Assembly (NCBI GenBank): GCA_046091245.1
Contig: JBJTBK010000052.1
Location: 28 to 64,027 of the forward strand
DNA from: Nevskiaceae bacterium
Lineage (GTDB): Bacteria > Pseudomonadota > Gammaproteobacteria > Steroidobacterales > Steroidobacteraceae
Reading direction: 5' to 3'
Length of the DNA stretch: 64,000 nucleotides
In this document: positions 29,262 to 36,749 of the stretch, one piece after another
Numbering within the stretch: position 1 is the first letter of the stretch
Layout: each line of letters starts with the position of its first letter
Made by a program: the position numbers and the translations under genes
Notes under the pieces: generated by a model
What the model was told of the DNA's origin: nothing
Database searches by the model: none
What the model saw: only the letters and a program-made list of their open reading frames with translations

Positions 29262-30242
29262 TCAGCCGAGCAGATCCTTCACGCCGTCACGCTCTTCGAG
29301 CAGCTCGGCATGGGTGGCATCCATGCGTTGACGGCTGAATTCGTCGATGGCCAGACCCTGGACGATCTCGTAGTGCCCGCCGCGGCAGACCACAGGGTAC
29401 GAGTAGATCACGCCCTCGGGAATGCCATAGCTGCCATCCGACGGGATGCCCATCGACACCCAATCGCCGTTCGAGGAGCCGCGGAACCAGTCACGGATGT
29501 GATCGATGGCAGCCGAGCCCGCCGAAGCCGCCGAGGAGGCACCGCGGGCCTTGATGATGGCCGCACCGCGCTGCTGCACGGTGGGAATGAAGGTTTTTTC
29601 GATCCACTCCGCATCGACGAGGCTGCGGGCCTGTTGACCCTTGACGAGACAGTGATTGATATCCGGGTACTGGGTGGCCGAGTGGTTGCCCCAGATGATC
29701 ATCTTCTGGATATCGTTGACGTGCGCACCGGTCTTCTCGGCCAGCTGTGACAGCGCGCGGTTATGCTCGAGACGACTCAACGCCGTGAAGCTCTGCGGCT
29801 TCAGGCTGGGCGCGTTCTTCATCGCAATCAGCGCGTTGGTGTTGGCCGGGTTGCCCACCACGAGCACTCGAATGTCGCGGGCAGCGACCTCGTTCAGTGC
29901 CTTGCCTTGAGCCGAGAAAATCTGCGCGTTGGCGAGCAGCAGATCCTTGCGCTCCATGCCGGGGCCGCGCGGGCGTGCACCGACGAGTAGCGCGGCATGG
30001 CAATCCTTGAAAGCGACGCGAGCATCGTCGGTCGCCACGACCTTGTTCAGCGTGGGGAACGCGCAGTCGTTGAGCTCCATCAACACCCCCTGCAGCGTGG
30101 GCAGAGCGGGCGTGATCTCCAAGAGGTGCAGGTTGACGGGTTGGTCGGCACCCAGCATCGCGCCTGAGGCGACGCGGAAGGCGAGGGCATAGCCGATCTG
30201 ACCGGCGGCGCCGGTGATTGCGACGTTCAAAGGCTGCTTCAT
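29262..30242 (-). CDS. mdh: Malate dehydrogenase (LDH-like, 326 aa type)
   Basis: Contains [14 protein letters not shown] and [10 protein letters not shown], and is MDH-like over its full length. Confidence 0.95.
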   Translation of the reverse strand: MKQPLNVAITGAAGQIGYALAFRVASGAMLGADQPVNLHLLEITPALPTLQGVLMELNDCAFPTLNKVVATDDARVAFKDCHAALLVGARPRGPGMERKDLLLANAQIFSAQGKALNEVAARDIRVLVVGNPANTNALIAMKNAPSLKPQSFTALSRLEHNRALSQLAEKTGAHVNDIQKMIIWGNHSATQYPDINHCLVKGQQARSLVDAEWIEKTFIPTVQQRGAAIIKARGASSAASAGSAAIDHIRDWFRGSSNGDWVSMGIPSDGSYGIPEGVIYSYPVVCRGGHYEIVQGLAIDEFSRQRMDATHAELLEERDGVKDLLG

Positions 30243-30307
30243 CTCGAGTTCTCCACGGGTAAACGCGAGCGAATTCTACGGTATGGGCGCTCCAAGGAGG
30301 CGGGGGC

Positions 30308-30345
30308 TTGACTCTGATTTAGTGTTGTAGTTATATATAACACTA
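30308..30345 (+). promoter_or_regulatory. Candidate sigma70 promoter with overlapping palindromic operator of the YtrA/GntR operon
   Basis: TTGACT at 30308-30313 is followed after a 17-nt spacer by TTATAT/TATATA. The perfect 12-bp palindrome GTTATATATAAC lies at 30330-30341, with TAGTGTT/AACACTA arms at 30320-30326 and 30339-30345. This is the only strongly AT-rich patch in the vicinity. Confidence 0.6.
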
Positions 30346-30370
30346 GAAGTAATCCTCAGGAGTCAGTAAC

Positions 30371-30544
30371 GTGAACACATGCCCCGCCAATCTTTCCTCC
30401 CAGTCTTCCCCTTCGGCCTCTTGGTCGGCAGCCATTTTGGCGGCCTTGCTGACGGCCCTGTTCGTTTGGACGTTCAGCTACTCGACCGCGGAGGTCCGCT
30501 GGCTCGGCTCCGCCTCCACGGTGGTGGCCTCACCCAACGCCTGA
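30371..30544 (+). CDS. Candidate 57-codon small membrane protein (not in ORF track, below its size cut-off)
   Basis: AGGAG at 30358-30362 lies 8 nt before the GTG. The product contains one hydrophobic helix, WSAAILAALLTALFVWTF. By my hand count 47 of 57 codons end in G/C, versus 48 of 72 for the overlapping 72-aa track ORF. Confidence 0.45.
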   Translation: MNTCPANLSSQSSPSASWSAAILAALLTALFVWTFSYSTAEVRWLGSASTVVASPNA

Positions 30545-30596
30545 ACCCGCAACCTAGCGGCTCCTTGCCCAGCAGAGCCCCTGGAGGTATCGCCTG

Positions 30597-30974
30597 ATGG
30601 AACAGAACTGGACCGACAGTGCGCCGATCTACCGGCAGCTGCGTGATCGGGTCGTCGCCATGATCCTCGAGGGTGCTCTGCGCGAGGGCGATCCCTTGCC
30701 CTCAGTACGCAACGTGGCCGCCGAGTTTCGTATCAATCCGCTGACGGTCCTGAAGGCCTATCAGCAACTGGTCGACGAGCAACTCGTCGAGAAACGTCGC
30801 GGCCGCGGCATGTTCGTCAACGCAGGCGCGAGCGCCGCACTGTTGGCTGACGAGCGTCGCCGCTTTCTCGGCGAGCAGTGGCCGCGAACGCGGGCCACCA
30901 TCGATCGACTCGGTTTCACTGTCGAGGAACTGATGCAGATTCCTGCAGCGAAAAATTCTGGAGACAAAACATGA
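30597..30974 (+). CDS. GntR-family transcriptional regulator, YtrA subfamily (short, 125 aa)
   Basis: Has the winged-helix motif PLPSVRNVAAEFRINPLTVLKAYQQL and the short C-terminal tail typical of YtrA. A GGAGG RBS is present. Confidence 0.85.
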   Translation: MEQNWTDSAPIYRQLRDRVVAMILEGALREGDPLPSVRNVAAEFRINPLTVLKAYQQLVDEQLVEKRRGRGMFVNAGASAALLADERRRFLGEQWPRTRATIDRLGFTVEELMQIPAAKNSGDKT

Positions 30975-31849
30975 ACGCCCCGGTCATCAAGGCTCGCGGA
31001 CTGCGCAAAGCTTACGGCAGCAAACCCTATGGCAAATCAGTCATTGCGCTCGACGGTGTCGACTTCACCGTGGGTGCCGGGCGTATCGTCGGCTTGATGG
31101 GCCCGAACGGCGCTGGCAAAACGACCGCTCTGAAGGCGATCCTTGGCTTGACCCCGTTCGAGGGCGAGTTGCAGGTGCTCGGTCGTGATCCGCGCGTCTC
31201 TCGTGATCAACTGATGAACGACGTCTGCTTTATTGCCGATGTCGCCGTGCTGCCCAAGTGGCTGCGCGTGCGAAACGCCATCGATTATGTCGCCGGCGTG
31301 CATCCGCGATTCGATCGGGCGAAGGCTGCGGATGTGTTGGCCCGCACCGAGGTGCGTCGCGACAGTCGGATCGGGGAATTGTCGAAAGGCATGATCACGC
31401 AGTTGCATCTGGCGCTCATCATGGCCATCGATGCGCGCTTGTTGGTGCTCGATGAGCCGACGCTCGGTCTCGATCTGCTCTATCGGCGCACCTTCTACGA
31501 AGCGCTGCTCAACGACTACTTCGACCACGAGACCACGATCCTCGTTACCACCCACCAGGTTGAGGAAGTCGAACACCTGCTCACCGACGTATTGCTGATC
31601 AATCACGGCCGTATCGTGCTCGATGCCGCGGTCGATCAGTTGCCCAACCGATTCGTGCAGCTCGTCACCACCGCTGCGCAGTTGCCGGCCGCCCGCGCTT
31701 TGAAACCGATCTACGAGCGCGAGCTCTTCGGTCGCCACGCCCTGATCTACGACGGTTGCGATCCGGCTGAGCTGCAACCGCTCGGCGAATTACGCACGCC
31801 GAGCATCGCCGACCTATTCGTCGCCTCCATGCAAGGAGTCCGTCAATGA
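30971..31849 (+). CDS. ABC transporter ATP-binding protein
   Basis: Has Walker A GPNGAGKTT, signature LSKGM and Walker B LLVLDEP. The start is corrected to MNAPVIKARGL (ATGA overlap with the GntR stop). Confidence 0.9.
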   Translation: MNAPVIKARGLRKAYGSKPYGKSVIALDGVDFTVGAGRIVGLMGPNGAGKTTALKAILGLTPFEGELQVLGRDPRVSRDQLMNDVCFIADVAVLPKWLRVRNAIDYVAGVHPRFDRAKAADVLARTEVRRDSRIGELSKGMITQLHLALIMAIDARLLVLDEPTLGLDLLYRRTFYEALLNDYFDHETTILVTTHQVEEVEHLLTDVLLINHGRIVLDAAVDQLPNRFVQLVTTAAQLPAARALKPIYERELFGRHALIYDGCDPAELQPLGELRTPSIADLFVASMQGVRQ

Positions 31850-32772
31850 ACGCCCAAGCCTTCAAGACTCTCGTCACGCGTGAACTTTGGGAGCACCGAA
31901 GTCTCGTCTGGGCACCGGTCGTGACCGCCGTGCTGCTGGTCGTCGGCACGATGCTGAGTGCTCAAGGCACGGGAAGCGTGCAGATCGATCTCGATGGGCG
32001 CGAGTCCTCGTTCTTCATGGCGCTGTCGAGCGATCCTAAAGTCAGCGGCGAGTTATTCGGCGTTTGGACGAGCTCGCTCATCATCCCGCAGGCATTCGTC
32101 GGTTTCCTGGTGATCTTTTTCTACCTGCTCGATTGCCTGTACGCCGAAAGGAAGGATCGCAGTATCCTGTTCTGGAAGTCCTTGCCCGTGTCGGACGAGG
32201 CTACGGTGATCTCCAAAGGCCTCACGGCGCTCATCGTCGTGCCCGTGTGGGTGTGGCTGCTGTCGCTGGTCTCGGGTCTTTTGGTGTTCGGCATCGTCGC
32301 CATGAAAGTCTCGGGTACCCCGCTCGCGCCGCTCGGCGAATTCCATCCGTTCATCTGGTTAACGACCCAGTTGGTACTGCTGCAGAACCTGCTGCTCGCC
32401 GCGTTGTGGTACGCACCCATTGTGGGCTACCTGCTCGTCGCCTCGGCCTTTGCGCCGCGTAGTCCGCTCGTCTGGACGATACTGCCGCCTGTGCTGCTGG
32501 TGACGGCCGAGAAGATCGTCTTCAACACGAGTCTCGTTGGCGGGTTCATCGCCCACCGCCTTAGCGGATTTTTCGAACATCTCGGTGGCATGCTGCTGCG
32601 TGAAGGCGATCAGGTTGCCTCGCCTGCGGCTGCGGCTGTGATCGGCGACGCTTATCAGGGCTTGAGCGCTGTGAGCGTGCTCACCGAGACAGATCTTTGG
32701 CTCGGGTTGCCGGTTGCCGCGGTACTCTTTTGGGGTGCTGCGCGGCTGCGACGCTGGCGCGACGCCGGCTGA
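31846..32772 (+). CDS. ABC-2-type membrane permease component
   Basis: The 308 aa product has about 6 TM helices. It has an ATGA overlap with the ATPase gene, the typical YtrA-operon layout. Confidence 0.7.
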   Translation: MNAQAFKTLVTRELWEHRSLVWAPVVTAVLLVVGTMLSAQGTGSVQIDLDGRESSFFMALSSDPKVSGELFGVWTSSLIIPQAFVGFLVIFFYLLDCLYAERKDRSILFWKSLPVSDEATVISKGLTALIVVPVWVWLLSLVSGLLVFGIVAMKVSGTPLAPLGEFHPFIWLTTQLVLLQNLLLAALWYAPIVGYLLVASAFAPRSPLVWTILPPVLLVTAEKIVFNTSLVGGFIAHRLSGFFEHLGGMLLREGDQVASPAAAAVIGDAYQGLSAVSVLTETDLWLGLPVAAVLFWGAARLRRWRDAG

Positions 32773-32847
32773 AACTCCCGCTAAAGGCGCGCACCCGTCA
32801 GGCGATCCAGATTGCCGACGAACTCGATAGCGAGTCGGGGTAAACTG

Positions 32848-32876
32848 CAGCCTCGTTTGTTCGAAGCACGAGGCTG
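32848..32876 (+). promoter_or_regulatory. Hairpin sequestering the Shine-Dalgarno of the CDGSH gene
   Basis: CAGCCTCG (32848-32855) pairs with CGAGGCTG (32869-32876). The GAGG at 32870-32873 is the only SD-like element before ATG 32879. Confidence 0.4.
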
Positions 32877-32878
32877 AC

Positions 32879-33121
32879 ATGTCCGAACCCGTAATCGCCG
32901 GCAAAGTGCCGCTCCCCGTCGATGTCGAGGCAGGCAAGACTTACTGGTGGTGCAGCTGCGGCAAGTCCGCGCGGCAGCCGTTCTGCGACGGATCGCACAA
33001 GGGCACCGACTTCACGCCGGTGCGTCACGACGCCACGCAAAGCGGCAAGGTCTGGTTCTGTGCCTGCAAGCACTCCGCCAAGGCGCCGCTGTGTGACGGG
33101 AGTCACAAGAACCTGCCCTGA
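32879..33121 (+). CDS. CDGSH-type iron-sulfur domain protein (two CDGSH motifs)
   Basis: Contains CSCGKSARQPFCDGSH and CACKHSAKAPLCDGSH. Confidence 0.9.
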   Translation: MSEPVIAGKVPLPVDVEAGKTYWWCSCGKSARQPFCDGSHKGTDFTPVRHDATQSGKVWFCACKHSAKAPLCDGSHKNLP

Positions 33122-34230
33122 TGCACTACCGCCTCGATCGGCATGACCAGACGCTTCGCCTCACGCTTGAAGGCGAGTGGACGGTCCATCAGGTCGGAGC
33201 GATAGGAGCCACCCTCGCGAGCCTCTCGTTCGAGGGAATGACACGGCTTGATGTCGCGGCAGCGCAAGGTACGCTCGATTTGTCCGGGGCTTGGCTGTTG
33301 CGCGACGTGCTGCAGCGCGCCGAGCGGGCAGGGCTCGCGGTAGCGTTCCTCGACCAGCGCCCCCCGGCGCTCGCCCTCGTTGAGCAAACACTCGGGCCCG
33401 GTACCGGCCCGGCGTTTGTCCGCGAGGAGCGGCCGCTGCAGCCGATCACCGCCCTCGGCAAGACGGCCGTCGATCGATGGCAGGGTTGGTTGTTGGGCCT
33501 CGCGTTCATTGGTGAGGCGGTGTGGCGTTTCATGCGTGCGCTGCGCGATCCGCGGGTATGGCGCCCCACTTCGATTGCACGGCACGTCTACGATACGGGC
33601 ATCACTGCGATTCCCATCGTCGCGCTGATCGCTTTTTTGATCAGCGTCATCATCGCTTATATGGGCGCGCAGCAACTGCAGAAGTTCGGCGCCGACATTT
33701 TCGTCGTTGATCTTGTCACCGTCGGCGTGCTGCGCGAGCTCGGCGTGCTATTGACCGCCATCATCGTTGCCGGTCGCTCGGGCAGTGCGTTCGCGGCTGA
33801 GATCGGCGTCATGCAACTCAATCAGGAAGTCGATGCCCTGAAGGCTACGGGTGTCGAACCGATCGAGGTGCTTATGCTGCCGCGTTGGATCGGACTCGCC
33901 ATCGCTTTGCCATTGCTGACGGTGATCTCCGATGCCGTCGGAATCTTGGGTGGTGCGCTGTTATGCCAGGCCTTGCTCGACATGACGTTCGTGCAGTACT
34001 TCCAGCGCGTCGATGAGGCCATCGGCGACTGGACGTTCTGGGTGGGTCTGATCAAAGCGCCGGTATTTGCACTGCTGATCGCGGCGGCCGGAACCTACCG
34101 TGGCATGCAGGTGCGCGGGTCATCGCGCGAACTGGGTCGGTTGACCACCGTCGCTGTAGTTCAGGCGATTTTTTTGGTGATTCTCGCCGACGCGTTGTTT
34201 GCGGTGCTGTTCATGGAGATTGGCATCTGA
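33121..34230 (+). CDS. MlaE-family ABC permease with N-terminal STAS-like domain
   Basis: The N-terminal 90 aa are STAS-like (LRLTLEGEWTV...LDLSGAWLL). An MlaE-like polytopic core follows. There is a 1-nt TGATG overlap with the CDGSH gene. Confidence 0.8.
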   Translation: MHYRLDRHDQTLRLTLEGEWTVHQVGAIGATLASLSFEGMTRLDVAAAQGTLDLSGAWLLRDVLQRAERAGLAVAFLDQRPPALALVEQTLGPGTGPAFVREERPLQPITALGKTAVDRWQGWLLGLAFIGEAVWRFMRALRDPRVWRPTSIARHVYDTGITAIPIVALIAFLISVIIAYMGAQQLQKFGADIFVVDLVTVGVLRELGVLLTAIIVAGRSGSAFAAEIGVMQLNQEVDALKATGVEPIEVLMLPRWIGLAIALPLLTVISDAVGILGGALLCQALLDMTFVQYFQRVDEAIGDWTFWVGLIKAPVFALLIAAAGTYRGMQVRGSSRELGRLTTVAVVQAIFLVILADALFAVLFMEIGI

Positions 34231-34997
34231 TGGCGGACCCCATTATCGAAGCACGCGGCATCGTCAACCGCTTTGGCGCACAGACCGTACACGATGGGCT
34301 AGACATGGTCGTGCAGCCTGGCGAAATCTTTGGCATCGTCGGTGGATCGGGCTCAGGCAAGAGCGTGCTGCTCAATACCGTGCTCGGGCTGCGCCGACCA
34401 CAGGCAGGGGAGGTGAAAATCTACGGTACTGACATCACCCGTCTCGATGCGACAGCCCTGCGGCAACTGAAGACCCGTTACGGCGTGACCTTTCAGGCGG
34501 GCGCCTTGTTCAGTTCCCTGACCGTGCTACAGAACGTGCAGTTGCCGATGCTCGAGCACCTGCAGCTCGACGCCCGAGCGCTCGACGAGCTGGCGATGCT
34601 GAAGGTGCGTATCGTGGGTCTACCGCCGGAGGCGGCAGCCAAATACCCCTCGCAACTGTCGGGCGGCATGATCAAGCGGGCCGCGCTCGCGCGGGCGCTG
34701 GCACTTGATCCAGGCTTGCTGTTCCTCGACGAACCGACCTCCGGACTCGACCCGATCAGCGCGGCAGCTTTCGACGAGTTGTTGGTGGGTTTGCAGCGCG
34801 AGCTCGCGCTGACAGTGGTGATGATTACGCACGATCTGGACAGTATTTTCAGAACCTGCAATCGTGTCGGTGTCATCATCGACAAACGCATGGTTTCGGC
34901 GACGCTGGCCGAGATTGTCGAGCATCCACATCCTTGGATTCAGGCGTATTTTCACGGCGATCGCGCACGCCGTTTCGGAGTGGGTCATGGAACGTGA
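34230..34997 (+). CDS. MlaF-like ABC transporter ATP-binding protein
   Basis: Has Walker A GGSGSGKS, signature LSGGM and Walker B LLFLDEPTSGLD. Confidence 0.9.
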   Translation: MADPIIEARGIVNRFGAQTVHDGLDMVVQPGEIFGIVGGSGSGKSVLLNTVLGLRRPQAGEVKIYGTDITRLDATALRQLKTRYGVTFQAGALFSSLTVLQNVQLPMLEHLQLDARALDELAMLKVRIVGLPPEAAAKYPSQLSGGMIKRAALARALALDPGLLFLDEPTSGLDPISAAAFDELLVGLQRELALTVVMITHDLDSIFRTCNRVGVIIDKRMVSATLAEIVEHPHPWIQAYFHGDRARRFGVGHGT

Positions 34998-35922
34998 GGC
35001 CAATTACACCGCGGTTGGGGCGTTCGTCATGCTGGTGCTGGCGATGGCCGTGGCCTTCGTCTACTGGTATTCGGACGCGCGCAACGCCAAGTCCTACGTG
35101 CGCCATGAAGTGTATTTCGAAGGTTCTGTCAGCGGTCTGAACGTCGGCAGTACGGTGCGCTATCTTGGTGTCGATGTGGGTCGAGTAGTCAACCTGACCA
35201 TCGACCGTCGCTCTGCGGCTCGGGTGCAGGTGATCGTCGACATCGACTCGTCGACGCCGATCTCGGAGCAGACCGTCGCCGAGTTGTCGCTGCTCGGCGT
35301 GACGGGTCTGCTCTACATCGATCTGCTCGGCACCGTCGGCAACAAACGACTGGCTGAGCCGGTGCCGAGCGCGCGGTACCCGGTGATCCGCTCCGTGCGT
35401 TCGAGTTTCGATCTGTTGCTGAGCGGCGTTCCCGAGGTGATGGGTCGAGCGTCGGAAGTGGCGCAGCGCGCCAGCCGCCTGCTGTCGGATGACAACCTGG
35501 ACGCAGTGTCGCGAATGGTCGGGACTGTCGACGACGCGAGCCGCAGTCTGCCGCAGACCATGCGCGAGGTGGATGCTCTGGTGCGTGATCTACGCGTGAT
35601 TTCCCGCGATCTTGCCGTGGTGGCGGGTGGATTGCGTGCGACCAGCGAGGAGTCGATGCCGGTACTTCGCACCGCCGTGAAGCGACTCGGTGTGGCGGCG
35701 GATAACGTCGCGCGAACCAGCGAGCGCCTCGATGCCTTCGTTACTGAAAACGCGGTGCCGCTGTCCACTTTCACGCGTGAGGGATTGCCTGAACTTGAGC
35801 GCTTGGTTCGCGACAGCCGGCAAACCGCAGTCGAGTTGCAGGCTCTATCGCGCTCGTTACGTGAGGATCCGTCGCGATTGTTGTTCCAACCGCCGCCGCG
35901 CGGTGTGGAGGTGCCTCGATGA
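34987..35922 (+). CDS. MlaD/MCE-domain substrate-binding protein
   Basis: Start corrected to MEREANYTAVGAFVMLVL (TM anchor). The MCE core is SVSGLNVGSTVRYLGVDVGRV. Confidence 0.8.
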   Translation: MEREANYTAVGAFVMLVLAMAVAFVYWYSDARNAKSYVRHEVYFEGSVSGLNVGSTVRYLGVDVGRVVNLTIDRRSAARVQVIVDIDSSTPISEQTVAELSLLGVTGLLYIDLLGTVGNKRLAEPVPSARYPVIRSVRSSFDLLLSGVPEVMGRASEVAQRASRLLSDDNLDAVSRMVGTVDDASRSLPQTMREVDALVRDLRVISRDLAVVAGGLRATSEESMPVLRTAVKRLGVAADNVARTSERLDAFVTENAVPLSTFTREGLPELERLVRDSRQTAVELQALSRSLREDPSRLLFQPPPRGVEVPR

Positions 35923-36539
35923 AACGTCATGCCCTGTTGATAGTGCTACTGGCTGGGCTTGGCGCCTGCACAGGCCTGTTGCAGAGTCGACAGCCCGCAA
36001 CAGTGACGTATGTACTGCGTCCCTCGTTGGCGACGCCGCCTGCCGCCCGCAGTGATGCACCGCTCGAGTCAGTGCAGGTACTCGATGTGGTCGCGTATCC
36101 GGGCTTTGATACCGACGCGATTATTTTGACCGACCTTGCGAACCGCAAGCTCGATGTGTTCGCAGCGAGCCGCTGGCCTGAGCGTCTGCCTCGAGTACTC
36201 GAGACCCACATTCAGGACGCCCTGCGGGCGCGCGGCGTCGCGGTGGTACACGATGCTGCGGCGCCGTTTCCGGCGCGTCACACGGTGCGGGTGACCGTGC
36301 GGCGCTTCGATGCCGAGTACCGAACGCCTGCTGCCGTGCCCGTGTGCCGCGTGGCGTTCGATGTGGTGGTCGCCGAGCGCGACTCGCGGCGCGTACTGGC
36401 AGCGTTTTCGGTCGAGCACGCCGTTAACGCGGAGACCAACCGGCTGGGGCCGGTGGTCGCCGCATTCGAAAAAGCGAGCTCAATGGCCCTCGGAGCGGTG
36501 GCGGATGGTGTGGTGACGGCCGCTCAGGTGGGCCGGTAA
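35919..36539 (+). CDS. PqiC/YmbA-like (DUF330) ABC-transport auxiliary lipoprotein
   Basis: Has the lipobox LLAGLGAC, is about 200 aa, and has an ATGA overlap with the MCE gene. Confidence 0.7.
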   Translation: MKRHALLIVLLAGLGACTGLLQSRQPATVTYVLRPSLATPPAARSDAPLESVQVLDVVAYPGFDTDAIILTDLANRKLDVFAASRWPERLPRVLETHIQDALRARGVAVVHDAAAPFPARHTVRVTVRRFDAEYRTPAAVPVCRVAFDVVVAERDSRRVLAAFSVEHAVNAETNRLGPVVAAFEKASSMALGAVADGVVTAAQVGR

Positions 36540-36617
36540 CCTATTGTTTTTAATGCTATTTCGTTGCGAAACGGGGTGTTTGTTCAGTCGCTGTACAGGA
36601 TCAAGTTACACAAATGC

Positions 36618-36645
36618 TTGACAAGTGTCCGGCCGACGGTAAGAT
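36618..36645 (+). promoter_or_regulatory. Near-consensus sigma70 promoter with no downstream ORF
   Basis: TTGACA (36618-36623), a 16-nt spacer and TAAGAT (36640-36645), with an AT-rich tract upstream (36541-36600). The inverted repeat GACGGTA/TACCGTC spans the -10. Confidence 0.55.
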
Positions 36646-36651
36646 ATCTAC

Positions 36652-36718
36652 CGTCAACCGTCCCTTCTGACGAGTGACCCCCGTTTGGGCGGATCGAAAG
36701 ATCCGCCCTTTTTCTTTT
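36652..36718 (+). ncRNA. Candidate small RNA (about 65 nt, ends approximate)
   Basis: It is bounded by the promoter above and a canonical intrinsic terminator. It has no start codon or ORF and carries a CU-rich single-stranded stretch, CCGUCCCUUCU. Confidence 0.4.
36687..36718 (+). terminator. Rho-independent terminator (plus-strand orientation)
   Basis: GGGCGGATC-GAAA-GATCCGCCC is followed by TTTTTCTTTT. In the opposite orientation there is no U-tract. Confidence 0.8.
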
Positions 36719-36749
36719 CCGGCGCCAACTTTTCAGGGTACCCCTACGC

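Noticed and set aside
30379-30597. 72-aa track ORF ending in a TGATG overlap with the GntR gene.
   Set aside because: It has no Shine-Dalgarno, a lower fraction of G/C-ending codons than the overlapping 57-codon frame (my hand count), and a low-complexity Gly/Leu/Pro/Arg product. It is kept only as an alternative within the smORF finding.
36669-36700. CUGACGAG ... GAAA looks superficially like a hammerhead ribozyme core.
   Set aside because: The sequence between the two elements cannot form the required stem II. The GAAA is simply the tetraloop of the terminator hairpin, and there is no stem I/III arrangement or UH cleavage site.
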